A program made the translations under genes and the position numbers. A DNA stretch of 60,283 bases, filler included, from Circinaria calcarea (lineage: Eukaryota): assembly GCA_051942165.1 (NCBI GenBank). It is 11 parts of 11 records of this genome, joined end to end, with 100 filler letters (N's around TTAATTAATTAA, not from the genome) between each part and the next. Parts side by side here need not be neighbours in the genome. Positions count along the whole stretch, not along the records: positions 1 to 5,401 come from JAVECS010001911.1; positions 5,502 to 10,899 come from JAVECS010001912.1; positions 11,000 to 16,397 come from JAVECS010001913.1; 8 more parts are not named here. One strand, given 5' to 3'. The notes below the pieces were generated by a model. The model was not told the origin of the DNA. It did not search any database and worked only from the letters and a program-made list of their open reading frames with translations. The number at the start of each line of letters is the position of its first letter. Within the stretch, counting starts at the first letter, position 1. Positions 1-11,768 of this stretch are shown in pieces.

Positions 1-406
1 GAAGGTGAGGTCGTGGTTGCCTGTGGCGGGGAGTGGCATGTCGGACATTTTTTCTGCGCCGAGTGCGGCGATCCGTTTGATGCAAATACACCCTTTGTGG
101 AAAAGGATGGGTATGCATGGTGTGTGAACTGTCATTGCAAGAGGTTCAGTGGCAAGTGTGCCGGGTGTAAGAGGCCGATTGTGGATGTGGTCGTGAAGGC
201 TCTGGAAAGGGAGTGGCATGAGGGATGCTTTTGCTGTAAGGTATGCGTCTTTCTGGGATTTTTTTTTTTTGGAGGAATGAAGAAGAGGATTACTAACGTG
301 GAAATAGGAATGTGGAGGGAAGTTCGAGGACGGGAGGTTTTTTACTCGAGGCGAGAGTGATGCTCCTGTTTGTGTCCGATGTGAGGAGAGGAGGTTGAAG
401 GCATGA
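1..406 (+). CDS. LIM-domain (paxillin-like) protein, 3' part; exons <1-240 and 308-406
   Basis: Two LIM zinc-finger patterns (WHVGHFFCAEC...CVNC; CAGC...WHEGCFCCK/ECG...CVRC). Intron 241-307 (GTATGC, CTAAC, TAG) restores the last LIM domain, ending ERRLKA*. Confidence 0.85.
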
Positions 407-1145
407 ATAATGCGACGAGTGGACGGACCATACGAATATGTATCCTGCATGACCATTCATAGCCTTGGCGCCTGGCTGGGGAGTCAATTTCTTCCTTGGC
501 CACTACGAGACCAGCTGGTCCCTTGGGACGGACTTTAACCTGCATATTTCTGTCATTCATCGTTTCGCGATGACGCTCAAACTTTTCTCGCTTTACTACC
601 GTACCAAATGAATCCGGTCGGTCGTACAGCAGCAATGGCGAACGCTCCCCCTAGCCAGCTAGCTCCCCTTTCCAAGAAAAATCACTTTCTAGCTAGCTTT
701 CCTTTTCTTCCCGGTTCCATACGGAGTAAGTAGAGGCCTGATTGATGATCTGTCAGCATATGGGGGTTCGAAATCTAGACGCGAACGTAGAATGAAAGCG
801 CTCCCTGGTTGCGTTGGGAGTGAGGCTCGTTCGTTTCATGCATAAGTATGACTATGATTATGACTCGTACATATCTGGGGGGGGGTTTGTAAAGGAGAGT
901 GGTTTGAAGCTTCGGGAGAAGAAGAGAATGGGGGAAATGTAGAGGCCGAGGCGGAGGGGAGATATAAGTGGTTAGAGATTCTTTAATGTCGGTTCGTTAC
1001 AGTGGGCCGTATTCTATATGCTTAGAATACACGAAGCTTTTGTTCTATTTAACAACCACTAGCGTAACCCTCACATAAAACTCGCTTATTCATATATGCG
1101 GGTCGTTTTCAAGTTGGCGCAACACTCTCCGCACGAGAATGTACC

Positions 1146-1357
1146 TGTTATGATGCTGTGCTATACTGCGATTGTACTAAGGTCGGGACGAGAAAACTAC
1201 CAGTAGGAGCTGGACGCTCCCAGGGCTTGGCGTGGAAGCAACAGGAGCGAGTCACGTAATATGTCCCCGGGGCTCCTTATGCTCCCTATGGAGCATAGGG
1301 GAACCAAACCAGTATATAGGCGGGCTATTGCTGCTCATTAGAATACCATCTTGCACA
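1146..1357. repeat. Possible degenerate solo-LTR-like relic
   Basis: Starts TGTTATG. The segment TATATAGGCGGGCTATTGCTGCTCATTAGAATACCAT (about 1312-1349) resembles the 3' part of the LTR-like element at 23986-24195. Confidence 0.3.
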
Positions 1358-2396
1358 GCGGGGCTCCCCGTTGCGTCATCTCTCGTGGAGCTAGCTTCTC
1401 TCAATCGACATGCTCACCACGGGATGTGAATTCACCCTGACGGAGGGGAGGGGGAGGGGGGGTAAAAACACATCTAGCCCCTCCATCTGTATCGAATGCA
1501 TAATGTTCATCCTCTGAGAGGGGCTGGTGTGATATGGAGCGTGAAAGTTGGGTCCGCTAGGTGAAGTACGTTGCGCCATTTCGCAAAGTAGAGATATACA
1601 ACAACTCTGCCGTCCTCACGCAGATTTCCTCAGCTGAGAGCATCAACAAGCAGCACTACTGTCCCCTATACCTCTGTCAATCAGATCAAATCTTCGTTGA
1701 TATCAACACGCGTCGATTGTGCTGCATCGTGCTTTGAGGACGAATGACCTAGATCGTGAAGGAAGTTAAGTAAGTCATCCCTATTTTCCTATCTGATGAT
1801 GCAAGGATGCACTACCGCTTCTCCGGCTGCAGAATTTTTGAGTCGAGTTGACGTGTTTAAAATACGCGTTGCAGCTTAGTTTTTGCTGATTATCAACACC
1901 AGCCTTGGAGAGCGTTTGGTCTGGTGCCGAGAGTGGGTAAGTTGATGAAGCCGTTACTTTTGATTAGACATGAAATCACAGCTGATTTCCTTTCCACTGG
2001 CTCATAACAACAGATCGAATGGTCAACATCGTGACAGGAATTGTTGACACATAAATGGGTACCGTTTCTATTCGAGCTCGGGCATCCAGAAGTGTTCATA
2101 TATGGAATATTCCGGAATAGAACGCACGATCAAGGGTTTCCAAGGTCCTCACCTCATACCTCGACAGGCGTTCTCCATCGGTCTCGACAATTCATCGCCT
2201 CACGCCTTAGTACTCACACCTTTAATCCTCAACAAGCTTCTTCAAATCCTGAGAAGCAAATAGCTAAAGCAACAAGACTTGATAGCCAAACTGCCAGTCA
2301 AAAGACCTCGGGAACACAATACTCACCTGGTGAGTAACAGTACTTGTACCTCGGATACATTTTGCTTATGGATAATCCTCTAGCCTTGCGAAAGAG

Positions 2397-2927
2397 ATGA
2401 CTTCCTCTGAATGGTTTACCGAAGCATGGCTACGAGACTCAGCCTCGTCCGTCTGGTATTCGCAGCCGAAAACCCTCGCGGCAGGAATCCAGCACCAAGA
2501 TATGCAAGCAAGCAGCGTCAAGCCAGACTTGAAGGCCCTGAAAGATGAAGTCGGGAAGCATGAAGTCTTGAAGGCTGAAGACTTGAAGGCTAAAGACGTA
2601 GAGGATGGAGACGTGAAGGTGGAAGATATGAAGGTTGGAGAAATTAACGGGATGAATGATAACGAGGACGAGGAAATGGACGACGGAGTGGAAGAGGACG
2701 AGCAGATGGCCAGCTCGCAAGACGAATCCGCTGAGGATAAAGGAAATGATGAACCTTCAAACGAGGGCAATGGTCCCGAGCAAGACGCCAAGGACTTGGA
2801 AGAGGCTAGAAGAGATGACGACAGAATAGAAGAGGAAGACCTTTGGGTCAGGGAGGTCCGGTTTCGAGATGCCGAAGGACTCTGGGTGTACAACGAACGA
2901 AGGCGGTGGTTCGAGCTAAGGCGTTAA
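2397..2927 (+). CDS. Hypothetical acidic low-complexity protein (176 aa)
   Basis: Open ORF with strong D/E/K bias and an aromatic C-terminus. Probable 5'UTR intron upstream (GTGAGT at about 2329 to TAG at about 2383). No family recognised. Confidence 0.5.
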   Translation: MTSSEWFTEAWLRDSASSVWYSQPKTLAAGIQHQDMQASSVKPDLKALKDEVGKHEVLKAEDLKAKDVEDGDVKVEDMKVGEINGMNDNEDEEMDDGVEEDEQMASSQDESAEDKGNDEPSNEGNGPEQDAKDLEEARRDDDRIEEEDLWVREVRFRDAEGLWVYNERRRWFELRR

Positions 2928-3597
2928 TAGATTCATTCATGGAGGCTCTAGTCTAGACGATATGGTGAATATCGACCTCGGGCCAGATGGTCAGAGGAAT
3001 AGTCGATATTGATAGCCTAGAGAGAGGTACCTTGTTAGTCGTATGAATGCGTACCAATGCCTAATGTCCAAGTTGGAAGTTGTATGTTTGACACTCGAAA
3101 GCGAGCTAAAGATGTACTGGTTGTTAGGAATCGAAAACCAACCATCTCCTTCGTAAGACCACGTCTGGACATACAAACTTCAGGCTCAAGTAGCTATGCT
3201 TTATTGAACAATAGGTTGCACTGCCTGCCAACTGCTAATTCTCTTCGTCCCCTAGCTTAGATTCGAGTATTGAATCATTCGCAGACACTGTAAATAAATC
3301 TTTTACCAGCGCTCCATTCACCGGCAAGCAAAACCCGTCTCCAAACCTGCTAAACAGAAGAGCCATCTGAGACGCGCCTTCTTCGGATAAAAGTCGAGAA
3401 GCTGCTGATCGAAGTGACCCGGTATGGCTAGCTTCCTCGCAAGATAAGTTCTCTTGCTGACAATCAAGCTCATCATACAAGAATAACCACCATTGTTTGC
3501 AGTAGGGATATTAGTATAAACTAAGAAGAATATCAAGTGAGCAGAAACGTTTTTAACAAGGCCGTCAACTAATTACCGTTTAACTTTAGCTTTCGGC

Positions 3598-4632
3598 ATG
3601 CCGTTTCCACTCTTTGAGCTTCCACGCGAGCTTCGAGACAAAATCTATCGCATGAGTTTTCGTTTCACCAAGCCAACGATCTACCCCGACCCAACCGGCA
3701 GTCTTCGCCGCCACAACTGCACCGTGATTGACACGTTCACGGTGCCTCTGCTGCAATCTTGTAAGACCATTTACGATGAAGCAAGTGCTGTCTTGTATGG
3801 CGGAAAGACAATCTGCTTCACTAGTGATGAGGCTCCTTGCTGTGCATACATAGCGCCAATTTCAGATTTCACGTTGATGGAATCGACGTTCTCCGAATCC
3901 CGCGAAGATATCCACAACAGCGGTATCACTGAAATGTACCTCTTTATGCGCCTCATAGGGCTAGAGAATCGCATGAAAATTCGCCGTCTGTCAGTTGTGA
4001 TCAAGGACTTCAGGCTGTGCTACTATCCTGGAGAGTACAGCGAGAATTTGGTGAAGCGGATGCGAGGAGGCATAACTGGGAACCTGGAAGAGTCTTTGGT
4101 CGTAGACAAGGACGCTGAGCATAATGAGAAGAATCTTGGTACGGGCAGACTCCTTGGCGATACTTTGGAGTTGCTGAAGCGGGGTCACAACCTCCAAACG
4201 TTGGGAGTAGTTCTTGAGGAAGGCAACCAGGAAATCAATGAGGACATGCCAATCCATTTCTTCCGCAAGATGCCCGAGTCGAGATTATTACGACAAATGG
4301 CGGAGGTGAAAGGCCTGTCGAGTTTTACCTGCAAGTTCAAGATCCTTTACCAGAACAAGTCTGCATATGCTTTTCAAAAGGGCGTCTTTGATCTTCTCAA
4401 GCAGGAGATGACAAAGCCGAAGCCTACGTCTGAGGGGGCCGTGGGTATCGAGGATACGTCCTCACAACTTAAAGCAGCCGCATTGTGCAAGAAGATTCTG
4501 GCAATAGAGGAAAAGCGCGAAGATCTGGTCAAGAAGCAAACAGCTGATGGCAGTGACAAGGTGAATCTGCTGATCCAGGAAATCGATGGACTGTTCGAGA
4601 GCTTCACCAATGCACTTGACAAAATAGCATAG
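3598..4632 (+). CDS. Hypothetical fungal protein with N-terminal F-box-like LPxELRxxIY motif
   Basis: 344-aa intronless ORF. PLFELPRELRDKIY and LLQSCKTIYDEASAVLYG are typical of this expanded ascomycete family. Confidence 0.7.
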   Translation: MPFPLFELPRELRDKIYRMSFRFTKPTIYPDPTGSLRRHNCTVIDTFTVPLLQSCKTIYDEASAVLYGGKTICFTSDEAPCCAYIAPISDFTLMESTFSESREDIHNSGITEMYLFMRLIGLENRMKIRRLSVVIKDFRLCYYPGEYSENLVKRMRGGITGNLEESLVVDKDAEHNEKNLGTGRLLGDTLELLKRGHNLQTLGVVLEEGNQEINEDMPIHFFRKMPESRLLRQMAEVKGLSSFTCKFKILYQNKSAYAFQKGVFDLLKQEMTKPKPTSEGAVGIEDTSSQLKAAALCKKILAIEEKREDLVKKQTADGSDKVNLLIQEIDGLFESFTNALDKIA

Positions 4633-4973
4633 ATAAAGGGCAATATCGACTCCTACCGATTCGATGAAGTTGTGTGGTCGATGGAATGAGCCTTTAGAAT
4701 ACAATACAGTGGTACCATGAAGAATCACCGGCGTGCTAGGAAATTTCCTCAATCATGTCAACAGATTCAATGCTCGATGATATGACATGTCGTTGAAAGT
4801 AAAGTATCGTGTGCGAAGTGCCGATACCAACCGAAATCTCTCGCTTGGAAGCGGACATCAATTGTGTGCCCTTTTCCCATCACCATACACCCAACATTTC
4901 CCCAGTTCTTGCGCTCCCGACTCGGAAAGAGGATAATGTCAGTGTCCGTAAGATCAATGATATTTCTACTGCT

Positions 4974-5401
4974 ATGCTAAAGCCTGGTACATGTCGACTA
5001 TGGCGTCACCTATACCTTCAGCCGTCCCTTTGTCAATGGACACGGGGGAATGGTCTCAGTCGACCATTCCATGCCTCAGCGTGCTTTGCAGTTGTAAAAC
5101 CATTTTTGCTTGCAGACATAGGTGAAGGTATGGGATCACTTAAATAAACACTAGGTCAGTAGTAGCTGACATCTAACTAGGTATCAAAGAGGTCCAGATC
5201 ATTCAATGGTTTGTCCAGCCAGGGGCTCGTGTCGAACAGTTCGACAAACTCTGCGAAGTGCAGTCGGATAAAGCAGCAACCGAGGTATACTATCCTCCTA
5301 CGCTTCTGGGCTTGGAGTTCTGAGTGTTAGAGGAATAGATAACCTCCCGCTTCGATGGGGTGATTAAGAGGCTACATTATGAGCCGGAAGATATGGCGCA
5401 G
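4974..5401 (+). CDS. Branched-chain alpha-ketoacid dehydrogenase E2 (lipoamide acyltransferase), 5' part; runs into contig end
   Basis: Mitochondrial presequence followed by the lipoyl domain VKPFLLADIGEG/IKEVQIIQWFVQPGARVEQFDKLCEVQSDKAATE/ITSRFDGVIKRLHY. Introns at about 5128-5180 and 5286-5339. Confidence 0.9.
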
Positions 5402-5501
5402 NNNNNNNNNNNNNNNNNNNNNNNNNNNNNNNNNNNNNNNNNNNNTTAATTAATTAANNNNNNNNNNNNNNNNNNNNNNNNNNNNNNNNNNNNNNNNNNN
5501 N
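5402..5501. other. Artificial contig linker (N44-TTAATTAATTAA-N44)
   Basis: 100-bp spacer with stop codons in all six frames. Confidence 0.98.
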
Positions 5502-6563
5502 TTGCTTGAGGAACGTTTTGGGATTGCCGAGCGTGGTCTCGATGCGCGCTTCGAGGCTGTTTTGGAAGTGAAGGGACCAGCCTTTGTTGATGGCATATCT
5601 GGTAATCAGGTTATCGTCATCGACGTTCATTGGTCCCACGGCACCAAATAACCAGGTTTCGTTTAAAAACGCCTTTTCGAATTCCGGAGACTGGAGGATG
5701 CTGGCTCGATACAAGGCGGTACGGCCACTGATGACAAAGAAGCCACCGTCAATGTTAATAGTCGCTGTACATTCGAAGTTGTGACGCTCAAGGTAAAGGC
5801 ATGCAATGAAGTTGCAGAAATTAGCAAGAGAAAGTGAGAAGGGGGCACGCCTCACGCGTTTTGAGGTAGCAACACCACCGATACGGGGATCCTCAAACGC
5901 AGCAAGGGCGCCTTCAAGGAAATCTGGTCTCCAGAAAACGTGATCGTCGGCTAAGACGATGATGGAGGTAGATACAAGGCGGACGGCATGGTAAATCTGA
6001 CGTCGTTTGCTAGGCAGTTCGATACTGAGGCATGTAATAGCAGAAGAGATCTCGTGGCATACTAGCTCTGCAAGTCTAAGCTTCGCTTCGCCGACGGTAC
6101 AAACCAGGATACTGTGTGGGTTGTTGGCGAGGATGGAGCGAATGCATTCCTGGAACTCATCATCAAGGTTTCCGACGGTTGGAACGATGACCGTGACGTT
6201 CCTAGGAGCAAGGACGGTAGGCCTTGCAGGGATAGGTATTGGACGGTAAAGGAGGAAGGAGATAGTATGGACGATGATCTTTAAGAATTTAAAGGCGAAT
6301 AGGAGAGTGAAGGCAAGTAGCCATCTATCAAGGTTACGGATTCCATCGAGCGAGCTGCTGATGAAGGAATGGAAAGCATAGACAAGGGATACTGCTATGA
6401 GATAGGATACCGGCGTCCACTTAATAATAGCGATTGGTAAACAGAACAAACATATTAGGAAGAGTTGGAGGTTGCCTACGGTTCAGCAAGTCATGACAAA
6501 TTAGCTCTCCGTATAAGCAACGTGAGATTGGTCCGACCAAGTACCTTTGCTGATTGACTCCAT
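5502..6563 (-). CDS. Glycosyltransferase family 2 (Cps1-like polysaccharide synthase), 5' part
   Basis: N-terminal TM helices and motifs VTVIVPT, LADDHVFW, ISGRTALYR and DDDNLITR. A short first exon MESISKG (6563-6545) and an intron at about 6544-6476 join in frame. Truncated at the linker. Confidence 0.85.
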
Positions 6564-7285
6564 GCCCAAGCATAAACTCTAGATTTCTGGATGCGTCGCC
6601 TTGTCAACGGAAGGGCTGTTATCGGTGGATAATTTGATTTTCAGAAGACCTTTATATATGGTGCATGGTTGTCTACTGCGGTAATTGACATCCTTTGAGC
6701 CGTGGGTTGGATATGTAAAGGACTTACCGCGATGCCTCATCTTTTGGAGTGAGGTAGACTTGATTCACGGCATGAGTGATAGTCTGTGAATGGTTGAGGC
6801 CAATGCGTGAAGGAGGCGAGAGGGGGATGTAAGTAAATCTCCACCCCTTTCTTTTTTTTTTTTTAAAGAGAAAAAATATCAAAAGGGGAATTAAAACAAG
6901 CTGAGCCGTGACGACAAGAACAACAGCAATCGTACTCCAAGAGAAAACAAAGAGGGGGGACACGGATATTATAAATAACGGGAGGCCAGGATTTGCATGC
7001 AAGGGTATGAGGAGTGAGTACCTATGAACTTGGAAAAGTGGGGTATACAATGGAGGGAGGGGGAAATTGTAGCAATTGCCCTAGTGGAGCTAGTTGAATA
7101 GATTGGAAGGGAATGGGAAAAGGTGGCATGCTCATATATGCAGGGAAAGCCAGCAAGTAGAAATCCCGCGGAGGGGAGGGGGCGAGTGATATGATTCGAG
7201 TATAATAGAAAGGGTAAAAGGAATAAAAGTTTCTACTACACTAGAATAGATATACAATACTAAATACTCCCCCAAATCTCCCTCA

Positions 7286-10200
7286 CTATCCCCGTTCCGC
7301 CTCCAAGAAAATCGGAACCCCGTAAACCACGGGTGCCGCTCCGTTCAAATATCGAAAGTAACACTTCTCCCTTCCCAGCGCGACGGCCTGATCGAGCGAG
7401 ACTTTGCCTCTTCCACTCCGAGACTGATCATTGGGCTGCTCTCTCGCTTCTCGGATTCTGCTTTTACCTCTGGCTTTAGTGGCTTTTGCGTCATTCTTCT
7501 TCTTTTCCCCCACGGGCTCAAGGGAAGCTTGAGCTTCTTCCCCGAATAAACCCCACCGCGTCAAACACTCCATACCCCAACGATCCACGTCCCGATCCGT
7601 AACGTCCCACAAACAACCCACCACAGCCGGTGCCCCCGCCATAAGATAGCTTTTGACGACGCCATGCGGCTCATAGCTACCCTCTTCCTTTAGCTTGGCA
7701 CTGCTGCAGCCCATCAGCAAGGCCACTGCGCAGTGGTCGAGTTCTCGGATAGTGCGAGAGCGGATATATTGGCCGCCGGAGCCATGACCGAAATAGAGGA
7801 GGAGAGAGCGGGTGGAGAGGATGGAAGCGAATTCGGATTCTGTGGGTGGACGGGCGAGGATATTGGATGGCTGGTTGGGAGCAGAAGGAGGAAGAGTGGG
7901 GAGAGAGGAGAGGGCGGGGAGAAAAGTCGATTGGGTTGAAGGGAGGTCGTTGGAGGGATTGAGGACGTAGGATGTGTTGGTTGGACTGATGTAGATGCCT
8001 TCCTCTAGGTAGGGTGACTGTTGCTGACGCATTTGTAGAATACGTCGTCGGAGACAGACGAGGGATGGGAGTCTGGAGATTGGGTGACCATTCATACAGG
8101 GAAGAGATTCCCATGGGAAGCAATGGAGGGCTTTATCGAGAATAAGAATCGTATGATTTGTTTCACCTGTTTGTTGATATTCGGATGCAGCCTCGTGGTA
8201 ATGTCGGAGAGCATCAAGTGTCTCGATAGCAATCTTGTAGGTTCGTTTAGTAAAGGTACACTATAGGGAGAGGTTTGAGTCGTACCGAGTCAAAATCTAT
8301 CTCGTCATACGCATTCCGCTCTCCATGGAATTGCAAGATATCAATAACAAAGTAGAGAAGATCTAATAATGGTTCATCAAGTTCATCTTCTTCATTCGGA
8401 TTTCCTAGTCCCACAAACAGTTCGAGAACTCTCGAGTCCAGGTTCACACGACTAGCTTTAGTCGTTTTGCCAGATTTTTGCCGCGATGGTAAATGCTTGT
8501 TCAAGACATTGTAGAATGACTGCTGAAACCGAGACAATAGATCGTTACGGGTGGATGCTTGATTAAACAATCCCCGGAATCCACCAAGCCAGATATTCTC
8601 AATGTTCACCAAGAGGTATTTCAGCCGAGCGTCAAGAGCTGCCCTTGCCTCCCACCATTCGGTCTTGGCCCCTTTTCGAGACATGTCTTGTGCGTTATGT
8701 GTTGAATAATCTGCCAAGTCGAGAATATCCAATAATTCGGACTTGCCTTGCTCAAAACCAAAAACTTCTTCATCTGGGTCTCGAGAATTTTGCCGATTGA
8801 GCGGGATAGTTACCACAAAAGGGGTCTGTCCAGAGTGTAGTTTTGAGAGGTGAAGCTCGTCACGGTTTTCGCTTAACGATATCGATATCACCGACCAACA
8901 AGAGGGGATGATGTCGATGTAATCTGCCTGAAATGACTTGACATCGAAGGTTGAGTCAACTAGCAACGATGCAACGTCTTCACTAAATAAACCCGAGGCT
9001 GATAATGCCGAATCCTGCTGAGCATAAAGGGACTTCTCTACCCGGATAGCCGAGCTTTCTTTCAAAACGGATATTGATCTACCAAGCTCTACTAGAAGTC
9101 AGTAAATTCTCTTATAGTAAGTAAGATGCACGAAAGCCAGTACCTATCGCATATACCGCAAATGTGGGGTTCATGCTGGGTTTAGATACAGAAGAACAGG
9201 CAGCTGACAGCATCATAAGAGTCTTGCCATACACGTCGGAGACTGTATGTATCATTTGCGACGAGAAGGCCACCTGCGCCTGGGTATGGATGGTTTTTAG
9301 GATGTCGAGAGCTTTACACAAAAACGCACTGAACTCATGACACGCTAACATGGGCTGTTTTACGACAGCTTTTGGCGGTAACTTGACGGGTTGTCGCTTT
9401 GACTTGGTGGTTCGTGTGGAAGTTTCAGGGATAGGTTCGACGCATACCTTGCTCTGACGGCGTCCCCCGATAATTGTCGATGGACAGGAGATCGTAGACT
9501 CGTTTAGCACGGAAAGAACCGGGTCACTAGCGATTTCTTCGAGTCCCTGGCGAAGATACATCTTAGCTTCAGCCAGGGCCTGTACCACCGAATCCTGTTG
9601 AGATGATGGGAGTATAGCAGCTTCAAGGAGGAGGTGAGCTACGGAATCCGTCTTCTTCCGGCGTAATATGCTAATGGCCTGCTGTCGTAGTAATTTACCG
9701 CGGACTCTTCCTAGTGGTACGTGATCGGCTAGCTGGGGGCTTCTCTGGATGTTGCTAGAAGAGAGCACTTCCGCAACCCTATTCGCTGTGCATTTCATAA
9801 CGGGAACCCGTTTCCTTGGGGCCGGCTTAGGTGCTAAGACGGTATCTTTGATCGTGAGTCCTTGCATCTGTGAAGCAAGTAGCTGTTCCTGTTTTGCTTT
9901 ATAGACATGCGAACCCATGAAAGGTGTTGATGCTAACCCTTCGAGGGCTTGCATAGCGAGGTAAAAGCTGGAATCCGCTTTTTCATTTTGAAGTTGAAGT
10001 GCATAAGCCTCTGCAAGCCGAATCTCGATCATTGCACTGAAGATGCTTGGTTGATGGGGGACCATGATGTCTTTAGCTTTCTCCAGGTGGACTAGTCCAT
10101 CTTCCAGTCTTGCGCCGTTCGCATCGTACATACCCTTCAAGGCATAGAAATGCGCCTTGAGTGAATCAGACGTCACGGCACAGGCAATTTTCTGACCCTG

Positions 10201-10899
10201 CTCGGCGTAGTACTGTGCTTCGGGGAGTAAGCCCTGGTACGCGAATAATCGAGATAGATGCAGCAACCGCTGAAAAAGGCAAGGGACTAATGGCCAAAAC
10301 GCAGCACACGTCAGGGATTCGTGTTTTGTGGAGAAGACGGAAGATGGCGTTGGTGCTAAAATTTTCAGTGCCGCCATGCTATCAGAGAGGATATCCCCTT
10401 CATTTGCAGAAGCTTTGACGTGTTGAAGGTTTGAAGTACTCTTACTCCGTTGCTCAAGTACCGCCCAAGCCCGATATGTCAATTTGACAGACTGTCTGGC
10501 ATACAAAAGCGCCTGCGCAGGTTGACATCTAGAGAATGCCAACAGTGATAGTAATGAAGCTGTTTCAGCGGTCATGGTTATCAACTGATAGCGTTCGCTG
10601 TAGCTTTTATTCTTAGAACTATCGTTACTTCTCTCTAATGCAAGCAATGTTTCTGCACTAGCCACATGCTCTTGGCTACCCATTGTTAGCATGCCATGAA
10701 CCAGGTTAGAACGCTTACTTGCCATTTTGGAGTGTTTCCGATTTCGAAAAAGTACCTAGCCGATGCAAGATGCCATCGAATGCCTGCACACCTTGGGGTA
10801 ACGATGGTGTCCATATGTAGTTTGGCTTTCTGTAAGCTCACGCCAGCCTCTCCTGAGTACCCAAGGTTCAAAATCTGGGTGCCGTACTCTGAAAGGTTT
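7286..10899 (-). CDS. ESP1: Separase (peptidase C50), 3' part
   Basis: Catalytic His/Cys motifs LYFGHGSG and LMGCSS, plus LWDVTDRDVDR and YLNGAAPVVYGVP. Introns at 10722-10676 (GC-AG), 9143-9089 and about 8286-8235. Confidence 0.95.
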
Positions 10900-10999
10900 N
10901 NNNNNNNNNNNNNNNNNNNNNNNNNNNNNNNNNNNNNNNNNNNTTAATTAATTAANNNNNNNNNNNNNNNNNNNNNNNNNNNNNNNNNNNNNNNNNNNN
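10900..10999. other. Artificial contig linker
   Basis: N44-TTAATTAATTAA-N44. Confidence 0.98.
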
Positions 11000-11233
11000 G
11001 GTGGTCTTCAGTGCGTCGATTCGGACTGATACATCCTGCTGGCTAAAACTTTCAGCATTGGCGGCTAATTGAGTATTCGTCGGGGTTTCAGGGCCCTTGG
11101 GACTGCGTATCAGGGTTGTAAAATTCTTTGTGATTTTGGCAAAGCCGGTTTCTGGAGCGTTGAATCGCTCTATCAACTTTAGTTCAATTGATGTCGATGT
11201 GACGTTTCGGATTGTCAATGGTGGAGACTCCAT
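11000..11233 (-). CDS. Probable phosphatidylinositol-specific phospholipase C (fungal PI-PLC X type), N-terminal fragment
   Basis: N-terminus PLTIRNVTSTSIELKLIERF resembles that of fungal 1-phosphatidylinositol phosphodiesterases (recalled similarity). Truncated at the linker. Confidence 0.55.
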
Positions 11234-11634
11234 TGTAGCTAATACTTTGTTGTACTAGTTAGTAGAAGAAGGGAAGAGATTAAGACGAAATTGCCTGAAA
11301 GTGCTCCAACAATAGAAATGTGGACTGGATGAGATCTTGGGTGGGGGAGGGGCTCATTACATATTCTTTAGCTTCAAGCCACCCGTGGTCGATTGATACC
11401 TCAGGTACTCTAATAGACAATCAATTAAAAATTCTCATAGACTATTTAATTTTAAGCAAGCATGTATATTGGTCATATAGAGTATCATAAGCATAAACCA
11501 TTTGTAGTAATAAAGACGATTAGTTCTACCTGGCTGTAAACGACTGAATCAGCATGAAGGACAGAGCAGATTTTGAGCTTGTGCACTGTTGATTGAGTTT
11601 ATAATGTATAATAAGAACTATGTTTTCAAGAAAA

Positions 11635-11768
11635 AGCATTTTGGCGCAGCGGAAGCGCGCCGGGTAAGCATTTCCGTTCAAAGTTAGCTACTTTCTATCG
11701 GCTAACTCTTAATTAAAGGCTCATAACACGTGACCCGGAAGGCCGAGGATCGAAACCTCGAAATGCTA
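11635..11768 (+). tRNA. Initiator tRNA-Met (CAT) with two introns: spliceosomal-type 11664-11718 and canonical 11726-11732
   Basis: Acceptor stem AGCATTT/AAATGCT (A1-U72), D-arm GCGC-AGCGGAA-GCGC, anticodon stem CCGG|G/CCCGG, loop CTCATA|A, T-arm CGAGG-ATCGAAA-CCTCG (A54/A60), discriminator A73. All eukaryotic initiator hallmarks are present. Confidence 0.92.
11664..11718 (+). other. Putative U2-type spliceosomal intron within the tRNA anticodon stem (position 30/31)
   Basis: 5' GTAAGC, branch GCTAAC (11701-11706), 3' AAG 13 nt after the branch A. Length 55 nt, like the mRNA introns in this window. Precise removal restores the anticodon stem. Confidence 0.8.

Noticed and set aside
5446..5457. 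TTAATTAATTAA recurring about every 5.5 kb as a possible biological periodic repeat or CRISPR-like array
   Set aside because: Always centred in exactly 44+44 Ns. It is an assembly spacer with stops in six frames.
11664..11718. The insert as an archaeal-style non-canonical (bulge-helix-bulge) tRNA intron or a random insertion in a dead tRNA
   Set aside because: No BHB is evident at the junctions, all three spliceosomal signals are correctly placed, and the tRNA body shows no decay. Disfavoured but not excluded without RNA data.
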